Of a stretch of 64,000 nt of DNA, positions 22,332-34,490 are shown piece after piece. Each line of letters begins with the position of its first letter. Positions within the stretch are counted from its first letter, which is position 1. A program made the translations under genes and the position numbers. The DNA comes from the human T2T-CHM13v2.0 reference genome, Homo sapiens, in NCBI RefSeq assembly GCF_009914755.1, contig NC_060925.1. One strand, written 5' to 3'. The notes under the pieces are model-generated. The model was given only the letters and a program-made list of their open reading frames with translations. It was not told the origin of the DNA and made no database searches.

Positions 22332-24769
22332 TGTATTAGTCTGTTTTTATGCTGCTGATGAAAGACATACTGGAAACTGGGCAATTTATAAAACAAAGAG
22401 GTTTATGGACTTACAGTTCCACATGGCAGGGGAGGTTTCACAATTATGGTGGAGGGCAAGGAGGAGCAAGTCACATCTTACGTGGATGGCAGCAAAGAAA
22501 GAGCTTGTGCAGAGAAACTCTCATTTTCAAAACCATCAGATCACATGAGACCCACTCGCCGTCAGAAGAACAGCACGGGAAAGACCCAAACCCATGATTC
22601 AATCATCTCCTACTGAGTCCCTCTCACATGGGAACCATGGGAGCCACAAGATGAGATTTGGGTGGGGACACAGCCAAGTCACATTATTCCACCCCAGCCC
22701 CTCCCAAATCTCCTATCTTCACATTTCAAAACCAATCACGCCATCCCAATGGTCCCCCAAAGTCTCAACTCATTTCAGCATTAACTCAAAAGTCCACAGT
22801 CCAAAGTCTTATCTGAGACAAAGCAAGTCCCTTCCACCAAGAGCCTGTAAAATCAAAAACAAATTAGTTACTTCCTAGATACAATAGGGGTACAGGCATT
22901 GGGTAAATACAGCCATTCCAAATGGGAGAAATTGGCCAAAACGAAGGAGCAACAGGCCCCATGCAAGTCCGAAATCCAGTGGGGCAGTCAAATCTTAAAG
23001 CTCCAAAATGATCTCCTTTGACTCCCTGTCTCACATCCAGGTCATGCTGATGCAAAAGGGGGGTTCTCATAGTCTTGGGCAGCTCTGCCCCTATGGCTTT
23101 GCAGGGTACAGCCTCCCTCCAGGCTGCTTTCACAGGCTGGCATTGAGTGTCTCTGGCTTTTCCAGGTGCAAGGTACAAGCTGTTGGTGTATCCACTATTC
23201 TGAGGCCTGGAGGATGGTGGCCCTCTTCTCACCGCTCCACTAGGCAGTGCCCCAGAAGGGACTCTGTGTGGGGCCTCCAATCCCACATTTTCCTTTGTCA
23301 TTGCCCTAGCAGAGGTTCTCCGTGAGGGCCCTGCCCCTGCAGCAAACTTCTGCCTGGGCATCCAGGTGTTTCCATACCTCCTATGAAATCTAGGGGGAGG
23401 TTCTCAAACCTCAATTCTTGACTTTTGTGCACCCACAGTCTCAACACCATTAGCTCCTTACAGTTAAACTGTGACTCTATCTTGAATTCCATGATCACTC
23501 TATCCCAGGATAGATGGATTGTGAAATGACAGTGATATGGTTTGGCTCTGTGTCCCCACCCAAATCTCATCTCAAATTGTAATCCTCATGGAACCTGCCA
23601 AGGTTTGGGGTTTCCACCCTTTGAAGCAACAGCCCAAGCTGTACCTTGGTCCCTTTTAGCCAGGGCTGGAGCAGCTGGAACACAGGGTACCAAGTCCCTA
23701 GGCTGCATAGAGCAGGGGGTTCCCTAGGCTCAGGCCAGGAAGCCATCTTTTCTTTCCAGGACTCTGGACCTGTGATGGGAGGGGCTGCCATGAAGACCTC
23801 TGACCTGCACTGGAGACATTTTCCCCATTGTCCTGGGGATTAACATTCAGTTCCTTGTTACTTATGCAAATTTCTACAGCTGGCTTAAGTTTCTCCCCCA
23901 GAAAATGGGATTTTCCTTTCTATCACATTGTCAGGCTGCAAATTTTCTGAACTTTTATCCTCCATTTCCCTTTTAAAACCGAATGCCTTTAACAGCAAGT
24001 AAGTCACCTCTTGAATGCTTTGCTGCTTAGAAATGTCTTCTGCCAAATATCCTAAATGATCTCTCTCAAGTTCAAAGTTCCACAAATCTCTAGGGCAGGG
24101 ACAAAATGTTGCCAGTCTCTTTGCTAAAACAGAAAAAGAGTCACGTTTGCTCCAGTTCGCATTGAGTTCCTCATTTCCATCTGAGACCACCTCAGCCTGG
24201 ACCTTATTGTTGATATCACCATCAGCATTTTTGTCAAAACCATTCAACAAGTCTCCAGGAAGTTCCAAACTTTCCCACATTTTCCTGTCTTCCTCTGAGC
24301 CCTCCAAACTGTTCCAACCTCTGTGTGTTACCCAGTTCCAAAGTCTCTTCCACATTTTCAGGTATATTTTCAGCAACACCCCACTCCTGGTACCATTTTA
24401 CTGTATTAGTGCGTTTTCATGCTGCTGATAAATATGTACCCGAGACTGGGCAATTTACAAAACAAAGAGGTTTATTAGACTTACAGTTCCACATGTAAGT
24501 GTGGAGGCCTCACAATCATGGCATAAGGCAAGGAGGAGCAAGTCACATCTTATGTGGATGGCAGCAGGCAAAGAAAGAGCTTGTGCAGAGAAACTCCCAT
24601 TTTCAAAACCATCAGCTCTCGTGAGACCCACTCACTATCACAAGAACAGCAAGGGAAAGACCTGCCCCCATGATTCAGTCATCTCCCACTAGCTCCTTCC
24701 CATAATATGTGGGAACCATGGGAGCCACAAGATAAGATTTGGGTGAGTACGCAGGGCCAAACCACTTCA
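22332..24769 (-). mobile_element. Full-length THE1B (3'LTR 22332-22686, internal 22687-24401, 5'LTR 24402-24769)
   Basis: Two direct-repeat LTRs starting tgtattagt on + and sharing the variant gggaaccatgggagccacaagat; THE1-int between them; perfect TSD ttcac (22327-22331 / 24770-24774). Confidence 0.95.
23450..23586 (+). other. 137-bp foreign insert in THE1-int, ending in the first ~54 bp of an oppositely oriented MST/THE1D-type LTR
   Basis: THE1-int breaks at ...tcaacacca and resumes catggaacctgccaagg. The insert is unique sequence followed by tgatatggtttggctctgtgtccccacccaaatctcatctcaaattgtaatcct from 23533. Confidence 0.8.
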
Positions 24770-26164
24770 TTCACTAAATCCATTATAAGTTTCCTTTAAA
24801 GCACTTAAATTAAGGCTTTACCCTACCAATTATTTGTATTTGTTTTTACAACCTTTTGATATGTTTTCAAATTGTTTGTATCTCATTATGTTCTGTTCAT
24901 CCTCCTACAATTTGAAGACTGGCTTTTGTTTTTTCCACCCCATCCCAGTGCTTCCCAAATTGTAGTATTCTATACACAGTCACAAAGTAATCAACATAAC
25001 TGCATCCACTCTGTCTTAAGGTTTGTAGGTTAGGCTCCATGGAAACATATGGAAATAAAGATAAACACCCCTCTCCTACACACACATGAACACACACCAC
25101 ACACAAGAGCAGGGTGAGAATGAGACAGAGAGTGTGTGTAAGGTGAGGAATGGCAACAATGGCTAAATTATTTTAACGCAGTGATATCTCACACAACATC
25201 CCTAATTGCCCTCATGTTCTTAAATCTTCTGGTTCATAAGAACTATGTTGCTATACATTTTTTTGAAATTTCAGGCTGGTGGTTGCAAAATGGGTTATTT
25301 AGACGGTAAGAAAATAGGTATTTGGACTGGTCATGGAAGAAAAAAGTCACTAGGCTGGTGAGTTCAAATTCTGTCTCTTCTGTGGCTTTGCTGAGAAAGT
25401 TAAGGAAGTCATTGCCTTGTCTCCCTGTCTACAGTCCAATGAAGAAGGCAATTAAGAGGATGCCTTGAACCCAGCCTCCACAGAGAGAAAAATATCCCCC
25501 TTTTTTTCTACATCACCTGCCCTTGGACTAGAATTTCATAATTCTCTTCAAACTATTCATTTTGTTACTTCAGGATATAGTAAGTAAAGCTATTGCTTTA
25601 GTTAAGCTTTTTCAGCAATAAGTTAGCAATCAAAAACTTTTTTTATGCTGATGACTGTTTTAGTTTTGAAATATTTCAAGATTTTTCTATTAAAATTTTT
25701 TTCCTATCCTGTGAAATATCTTCACATTGCTAGTACACCTTTACACTTCCAAAAATCCTGTGAGCTTATTTGTTTTGATTATGAGAAAACTGAATTAAGG
25801 AGGTTCAGTAATTTGCCCAATAACACACTATTAGCAAAAATTTGGGTTGAGACTCAAACCAAACCAATTTGTCTCCAAATCCTACTCTTTGTACTTATGC
25901 TAGCTGCACAGTGGACCTCAGTAGATACTATTTGGCCTACTACTCCACTCAACACAGATGGAGGGCCAGAAATTTCCTGGACCTAAAGGAAATACATACC
26001 AGATCAATTACATCAACACAGGGAATTCTGAGTTTGATTTGCAGTTTCTGGCAATATATCCCATTGCCCTATAATATATTCAGTTACTCCTTTTTTACAT
26101 TGGGAACCCTCAACAGCTCAGATAATCTTTTACATTTAGTTCAGTTCCTTTCCTGCTCCCCAAT

Positions 26165-26213
26165 CTTAGTTTAAAATTCTCCACAGAGTGGGTGTAGAGA
26201 ATTTTAAACTAAG
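26165..26213. repeat. Perfect 17-bp inverted repeat with a 15-nt spacer
   Basis: cttagtttaaaattctc / cacagagtgggtgta / gagaattttaaactaag. Confidence 0.97.
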
Positions 26214-27535
26214 CATGAAAAAATATTCTCATCTTTTTCATAAAAAAACACGAAATCACAGAGACCCAGGGATCTCTAGCTAAGAGGCCCCATAGTCAGA
26301 AACACTGTAAAAAGATCATAGCTGACACCACAGTTGGTGAAAATAACAGCCTGCAAGCTGTGCCAAAAGCCCTTTTTCCTCATCTAATCCCCTATCATTC
26401 TTCTGATACAAGACAGCAAATGCATTAAATCCTTTAAACATTCATAGCAAGTTGGTATAAAGGTAGTACATTTTAAGAGTTGAAAGAATGTCTATAAACA
26501 CACTCACACACATATGTATATATCCATCCACAAATAATACTACATAGTTTTTTAAAAAAAATAGGTTCAGTAGAGACTTAAAATAGTCATTTAATCTAAT
26601 TGATGCCATGTATGACAGTAAAGAAGCTAGCTATGCCCAAGTTAGATTTAAGGAGTACATTTTCCATCTTTTGCTTCTCTGGAAAAATCAGTCACCACAA
26701 CAAGCCCAGTATATATGGTTTTTGTTTATTGTTTCCTCCCTGGAACATTAAAGTGGTCTTGGATATCAGAGAGTAAACAGGCATCTGACTGTCACCCTAC
26801 CAGCTGGCAGATTCAAGTGTCACAGCTAAAGCCCACACCTGCTTAGTTTCCTACAGAATCATCACTTTAATTAGAATTAGATATTGGTCTGTGAGTATGT
26901 GTTCTAATTTTATTTTTTATTTTAAATCTTGCTTTGGCATGCAATATCTTTTTAGATTCTTTGAAGGGAATAAGTATGCTTATCCCAAGAAACCAGTAGG
27001 GTTATATTCAAAGCAATGCACCCAGTAGGTTCACATCATTCTGGCATGTATCATCTGAAACCCATGAGTACCATGTGAGGGCTCTGTCATTTGGCTGTGC
27101 TGCTGTCATCTTTTGATGGTCCCTGATAGCATTCCATTTCAGTTTGAAAGAACCCATCACTCTAATAGGTGGGCTTGCTCTAACCATAGATACGTATTTC
27201 TGCTTTGATAAAATGTAGAATTATTTATATTATGGATAGCTCTATTTGTTTTTCTTGAATCACTCAGCTATACAGTATGCTGAATGACATATAAATATAG
27301 AAATTATGGAAATAGAGAAAGCATTTTATCCAATGCAGATCCTGAGTTGCTAAAAATGAGTCACTAAAATTTCCCACTAGGGTGGCATTTCAAATCTAAC
27401 CTTGTCCCAAATAACAACTGACCACCAATTTCTTTGATTCCCAAGAATGGAGAGCACTGCAGTGTGACTCAGGCACAGAGTGTTGGCTGTTTCAGCTTGA
27501 AGCACTCACCTAGGAGGAAAGTAAAGGAAAAAATG

Positions 27536-27553
27536 CACACACACATACACACA

Positions 27554-27598
<45 letters not shown>
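27536..27598. repeat. (CA)n microsatellite; (TG)n on the minus strand
   Basis: Directly visible. Confidence 0.97.
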
Positions 27599-27602
<4 letters not shown>

Positions 27603-30600
27603 TGTGCTCTGACATCCTGCAGCAGTAAGAGAACACACAGAGGAATTCCGCTACCTGTCCCTAGCTCCCCACACTCCCCCCTGCCCTTGCCCCACAGGCC
27701 CATTCTAAACGTGCAAACAGTATCGGTATAAGTGTTTGTAAACAAGGAACTTTGAAGATGTTTCTAATTCTAATTATAAACAGTCCGAGCTAAAATTAGA
27801 AACCCAATCTGTTCACTTTAAAAAAAAAAATTAAAAAGCTCTCCAAAAGGGTCTATTTAAATAAAGCAGCCAGTAAGCTCTGATTTGGCAAGGAGTGGTG
27901 AACTCTGGTGACACAGCCAGGGAACTGCTAATTGTCAGCATTTCCACTGTGCCATGAGGTATGCTTCCTAGTTCCTAGTGAAGAAAGCCATGATTCTCAT
28001 CCATTGTCATAGTATGATACTGTCTTCTCTGGGACAGGACATTAATGACACCTCTTTACTCGGTGGCCTGATATCTCCCTTTATAACCTCAAACATGTTA
28101 AAATGCATTCTCATAAATTCCTATTTTTCCTTTTGCTTCCAGCTCCAGTGCAAATTTAACGCCAAACATTAAGCATTACTTGGCATTCACAAACACACAC
28201 ACAAAGACTTAATAATAACCTCTGTATAGATGCTCAAGTCTTGACATCCATCAAGAAACTCAGCAAAGAAGACAAACTTCATACATCTGTAGGGCTATCA
28301 CACCACATTCCAATCCTAGACCCAGCAAAGTAAGCTGCCCTCACCAACTGCAGCTAAATTGGGCCTCAAAGATGCTTTCCATAAATGGAAAGAAGGAAGC
28401 TGGGTTCAGTTACAAAGAGGAAGCTTTTCTCTCCCATTTACACAAACAATATAAAATTGCCAGACTCAACCTGAAAAGTTTGTGTCATTTTCAAAGCCTA
28501 TCAATAATAAATGAATAGTGCACAACTTATCTCTAATTAACCAAAATTCTCAGTTATATTTCCTAAAATGAAACACGTCATTGTTGGCCCTTTTTGGTCT
28601 TACAATACCATTCCTTAGTACTTTCATTAAAGAGCCATCATCTTAACCAGAATTTTAAATTTAGCTACTTTTGTACTTATTTTCATTGCTCTTACATTGA
28701 GCCAACTTCTCAGGATAAGAGGCAAAGAATAATGGGGATTTTTTTTGCACCCCAATCCTGGCTCTTAAAAACATATATAAACAACAATTTGAGTCATATT
28801 ACTAAAAAAAAGTGTTAATGTTCTTTATATAGATTGTGCCCATACAGGAACAAGTCAAAAACTAAGAACTCAAAATAGAGAGCTAAATGTCAGTTATCTG
28901 GGATTACAGAAAATATAGATAATGGTCCCTCCTTAATACTAACTCACTACATATTAGCAACAGCTTCAGTCTCATCCCTTCCCTAATACCACTACCCAGA
29001 GCTCTGAAGAAAAGAAAAAAAAAACTGCCAGATTTTAACTTTACCTTTCTCCAATTTTTAGAAAAGAAACCGATAGGAATAATATAGCCAAAGGCAAATA
29101 AAAATAGAAAAAAAAAGTGTGGATCATTTTACTATTGTACCCTCAATCTCAAGACCCAGTCAATTATTGAATAAGGCAATAATTGGCTTTCAAGTTTACT
29201 GAAGTAGGTAGCAGACTTTGAAATGCAGAAGCTCAAGGCACGTCTTCTTCCTCCATAGGATGTACAATAGATCATTCTGACATTCTGTCCACTGACCACC
29301 CTCCCTTTTGGCTACATGGAAGTCCTTGCCCAGATTGGCCTCTGTGACTAGCCACTGCACATTAGCCTCCCTAATACCTTGGGCTCTCCTGCCTCCCTAA
29401 TTTTCTCAACCATGGGGACCCTCCTGCCATCTGTACACACTCACTGTGTTCATTAACTACAGGGCTGTACTAAAAAGATTCATGTAATGACAATTGTATC
29501 CCATTGCAAGTTTCTTCTATATTAAATTAAATTAATGTGACCCATTCCTGGAAATCTTTAATTCATCTCTTGTTGGTTCCTAACGTAATTCACATACTAA
29601 CTATTCCAAACCTAATCTGTACACCTTCACTCCCTATGCTGACCTCCATCTCAGCTTACCAGTGAGACTAAAGGGCAATTGCAGCTCCAGATAACTTAGA
29701 AAGAGGGACACAATCATTGACTATAAATGACACATAAAGTCTGAGTCCATTTTCATATTTTCTGACTGGCACTTTTTAAGAAAAAAACCAGCTCTGCAGG
29801 AAAATGGACTTCCTGCCGAAAGCTTCAGCAAAAACAGCCACCAGAATAATTCACTGGCACTTGGTTATTAAAATCCCTGACAGGTATTACTTAAGATGTT
29901 AGAAAATTATTCAGGCACACGTGTACACATATATCTACCTTCTATGCTTGTGCACTCACACACAGACACACACAAACACACTCACATTTTTAGTAAGTAC
30001 TCATTAAGCTATCTGAGATATTAAAACTAATCACGGCAGTTTTCCTTTAATGTTATCCTCAGCATAAAGAGAAATGAGCCCATTGTCATTTATTTTAAAA
30101 TCATTCTTTATAAAAAATAGCTAATCTCCAGAAGCACACCTGGTTTATTGAAGTGAATACAAAGATGCAGCATATAGCCTTAATGTGCTCAGCTGGGGAA
30201 ATATATTTTTTTAAATGAGCATTTGTTAGGGCTTTATTTGCAAATGCAAAACTATCCAAGGCACTCTTTGTGCATGTAGAGATTTGTCATTTCAAAAACC
30301 ACATTAATATAGGAGGATTCTCATCAACCCCTAAAAGCAGCAAAAAAAAATTAACCCTTGCGGGATTGTAAACGACAAAAACCCCATAAGACCAGGTCAA
30401 AGGAAGTTCAGGAACCAGGAAACCATTGACACAACCCAGAAGTGAATCCAAGAGAAACTTCTAACATAACAGTCTCCCCACAAAATCTCCAGACTCATAT
30501 ATTCAAAGTGAAAGGATCTGCAGAGTTGACTCGGGTATTAAAAGTGGGAGAAAAGGGGGGACCTGCTAGAGTAAACCCATTAACTACCCTTGGGACCTCC

Positions 30601-31689
30601 CAAAGGAAAATGATGAGAAGTCTCGAGCTTTCCCTGATCTCCTGAGATGGCTGGTCTTTGTGAGGAGGCACGAGGTTGCCCCAGTTTCCAAGGATGGGAT
30701 ATTGGAAGGTTTGCACAGCAAGGCCATGTGGGATAGCACGTGTGGCTCTTGGCCATGTTAACCGGGCTTTTCCTAGATACGACGGCAGTTGTCGTTTTTT
30801 TTTCATTTGATCAGGGAATGTAATACATCTTCAAAACAATTTTCACCCAACCGGTCAGAGATGTTAAAATCCAACCCTGAAAGCCTCCCTTGGGCGCTTT
30901 CCCTCAGAGGCACACTGTCCTTTGCTGCTATGTTTCTTTTGAAATATGTAATTTTCACAAAAAAATCTTTGGAGTGTTTGCTTCTTTAGGATTTTTTAAG
31001 TATTTAAAAATAAAATCAAAGTATATAGTTAGTATAGATTGAGATGCCTTTCCATTTGGGAGCAGAAGAAAATAATAATTCTGCTAAATGACAAGAGGAA
31101 CACAATAAGAGCAAGTAGGTTGGCATTTCCAGTGCTAAAAAACATAATGTCCGTGCAGCTCACTGTGACCCAAAAGAGTTAAGGCATGTCGCCAATAAAA
31201 GGAATTATGTCAGGAACCACTGAGAGCCTAAGCTGCACATTCCTTTCAAAAAAAAAAAAACCTAAAATTAGTGCTAACTTTTTCTACTTATACCCCTGAT
31301 GGATACTAGCATAATACCAGGAGATACTTCCTAACTTTTAATTTTATATCCCTATAGCACCTAGCACAGTATCTTATACAAAAGAGATGATCAAGAAATA
31401 GGTGTTGGATTGACCAAATGAATCCACCTGCTAGCACTGCATCAAGAAAGACATGTTAGCCAAGTACACCTAAATTAGTTTACTGACTCTTTAGCCTAAA
31501 ACCCTTTGATGGCTTTCCATTACCCACCTTCAGATAACATTCAAGAATCTTCTAATTATTTAGCTCCTACCTACATTTATAGCTTCATCTCTCATCAAGA
31601 ATTTTGCAAGTATTTGGGGCATAAAGTAATAATAAAGTTGATTTTTGAGAGGAAAATCTTAAGAATCACACAGAATGGGATAAGAATGG

Positions 31690-31978
31690 AGATATGGTGG
31701 CTCAGGCCTGTAATCCCAACACTTCAGGAGGCCAGTGCAGGAGGATCTCTTGAGTCCAGGAGTTCGAGACCAGCCTGGGCAACATAGTGAGACCCCATCT
31801 CTACAAATGATCAAAAATTAGCCAGGTGTGGTGGTATGCACCTGTAGTCCCAACTACTCAGGAGGCTGAGGCGGGAGAATTGCTTATGCCAAGGAATTTT
31901 AGGCTGCAATGAGCCATAATTATGCCACAGGCACTCAGCTTGAGCAACAGTGGTGAGATCCTGTCTCATAAAAAAAAA
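31690..31978 (+). mobile_element. AluJ
   Basis: Dimeric, with J diagnostics (gaggatctcttgagtccaggag, ggcaacatagtgagacccc, aggctgcaatgagcc); short tail. Confidence 0.9.
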
Positions 31979-32329
31979 GGGGGGGGAATGGAAGATATGC
32001 AACATCATTGGAAAGAGACAAAATTATTCCTTAGTTGGTAAGATTTGTTGTAAGCTGATTGAATATATTAACATATGTAAGTGAAGGATGTGTTACTCAA
32101 AAAGGGAGGCAGCATGATCAGCCATGGGATATGCCATGGGAGAAGGAGTACTAATCAATATACTTACATAACATCTGGTCTCGATGGTAAGCCTGTGCCT
32201 ACCATGAAGTGGTTGTATCAAACTACTTATCATTTGAATAATCTAGTTACCATCTTCTAATTTAATACCCATCTACCAACTTTATGATTATAATGTGATT
32301 TCCTAAAGAAGTATCGTTTTTGAGCCATA

Positions 32330-32640
32330 AATCTGTATATCCTACTGATTACTAAATATGTCCACTTGGATGTCTCATAGGAACCTCAAATTTGGCATGT
32401 CCAAAACTGGGCTAATCCTCCCAACCAATTCTTTTTCCAGTGTTTTGCATCTTGGTAAATGGCACTGTCATCCATCCATGAAACCCAGAAACCTCGGACT
32501 CTCACATTCAGTCAATTCACCTCATCTAATTAAGCACCAAATACTGTCAATCCCACCTTCTAGATATTTTTCTAATCCATTAATTTCCCTCCATCCCCAT
32601 TGTCATCACTCAAGTCCAAGCTACGAATATCTTTCTGAGG
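32330..32640 (+). mobile_element. L2 fragment
   Basis: tccacttggatgtctcataggaacctcaaa...catgtccaaaac...ggtaaatggcactgtcatccatcc. Confidence 0.8.
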
Positions 32641-32646
32641 AGACCT

Positions 32647-33917
32647 TGTTTCTATTTTTAGTAGGGAGAATATTTTGGAAATAATAAATAGATACATTAA
32701 ATCATATTCTGTTGCACCTATCCATTTTCACAGCTAGGCCATGATGATCATTGTTCCAATGGGGGAAGCAGATGGGAATGACCAAGAAGAAAGAAGAAAT
32801 TTTTCAGCTTTGAGTCTCAAAGCTGACTTGCTTGATCTCTGTAGCTAGACAGAAGCCTCAAAAGCCAGGCTTTGTACAAAGAGAGAAAAGGAATTCTAAA
32901 TCCCATAGTTAAGTGCTTTGGCTTTTATACCAGATTGTGTGTTTGACTATAGGCCAAGGGAGAGAGAATATGCAATGGAACTAGAGAAAAGAAGTAGCCC
33001 ACATTTCCAGACCACGGTATCGGGGAAGAAGAAGAAGATGGACAGAGGTAGCTGTAGCAGACCAAGAAATATGTGTAGTAGCTCACTTCTCTGAAGTGCT
33101 GGATCAGGTGGGCATCTAAAGAGTCTTTCTCTCCTTCCTATTTGAGTCTGTCTTTCAGGGTCCTCCCTAACTAGAGGAGCCCAGAGTAGAGGTGAAGGGA
33201 AACACAAGTTAGCAGAGAGTAAGTGTAAGGGTAGCTTCCCAGTTGTCTCTTTGGCTTCAAGGTAGTACAGCAGGATCTAGGAGGTCCTGTGTGCTCAGTG
33301 GAGGGACAAGGGCAGTCGCTGACGGTACTGGTTAGAGAGGCCACAGAGGGCTTGGGCTGGGAGGTGGAGAGTAGAGGGTATTCTGTTGGATTCCAGATGG
33401 AACACGGAGTCAGACTTCAGACAGCCATGATGCAATAGTGTCAGAGAGAGCTCAGGTGCAACGAGGCAGCAGAGGGGACTGCCAGGCCCCAATCTAGCTG
33501 AAATAGAACAGACATTGAGTTCAGCAGCTACAGAGTTCAACTGCAAATGGAGGCAGGGCTGCATGACCAGGCCAACAACGAGGGTGCTATTCCTGCAGAG
33601 GGCAGCAGTGAGGACCCAGAAGTCACTCAAACACTCCTATGCAGAAACCAGGCCCCCTTCCACCAATGCCACAGGCACAAGAAGCTCTTGCATCCCAACT
33701 GGGTAGATAACTCTTGACTCAGAAGTTCCCTGAAATGAGCCATTTTAAAGGAAAGGAGACTAAATGTATCTGGAGAGACTAGGATATGATGTATTTCCCT
33801 GTTACCCACTGGAGTCAGAACTTACGAGGAAAATCAGAGTAGCCAGAGAAAATGAAGACTTCAACATTTTCTTTACATGTCTGAGCATAGTGTGAGTAAA
33901 TTTTCAACTCTGCAACA
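32647..33917 (+). mobile_element. Ancient ~1.3-kb LTR (LTR78-like) inserted in L2
   Basis: TG...CA-bounded purine-rich block that separates two contiguous L2 pieces; ends tgtgagtaaattttcaactctgcaaca. Family assigned from memory. Confidence 0.5.
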
Positions 33918-34290
33918 TACCCTGGCCCCACTCTATCTGCTCTCAACTTGTAGCCACAGTGGGTTTTGAAAATGAACATTGAATTATACAGTACAGGTTG
34001 TGAAAACCCTTCCCATGTCTTCCTTTGCCCATTGGATAGTGATCAAAATCCTCACTGTGGCTAACAAGCCCTTCATAATCAGGCACTCCTTTCCTCTCCA
34101 TGACCACCTCCTGCCTTGCCTAGCTCCTCTGTCACTCCAGGGCCCTGGTCATCATGGTCTCCTCAGTTTCTTGAGCTAACATTCTCTCAACACAAAATGC
34201 TATCTCCAAAGCTCCTCCCTCACTCCAAATTCTATTCATCATTCAGGTTGGAACTCAGCTATTTCTTTCTTAGATAAGCCTTTCCTGACC
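33918..34290 (+). mobile_element. L2 continuation
   Basis: tatctgctctcaac...tgaaaacccttccc...aaaatcctcactgtggctaacaagccc...aagcctttcctgacc. Confidence 0.7.
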
Positions 34291-34299
34291 AGGATTTTC

Positions 34300-34490
34300 A
34301 TCTCTGAAAAATTCTTGGTTATGCAAACTAATTTTCTGAGTGTAGGAATTCTCAGAGCCTTTACTATGCTACTGTGAATCTCCAAGAAGGAGAATGAAGC
34401 CGGCACAGTCTCCTAAACCTATTTGCCTGGGGTACAATTTTCTCCATCTCACTGAATTGCTATCTGCAAGAAATCATTTGGTAATTGCTG
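34300..34490. mobile_element. hAT-Charlie MITE (MER103C-like)
   Basis: gtaggaattctcagagcctttactatgcta...tgtgaatctccaagaagg. Confidence 0.55.

Noticed and set aside
22864-24379. ORFs of 165 and 164 aa on the minus strand
   Set aside because: Remnants of the THE1-int ORF, fragmented; not a host gene.
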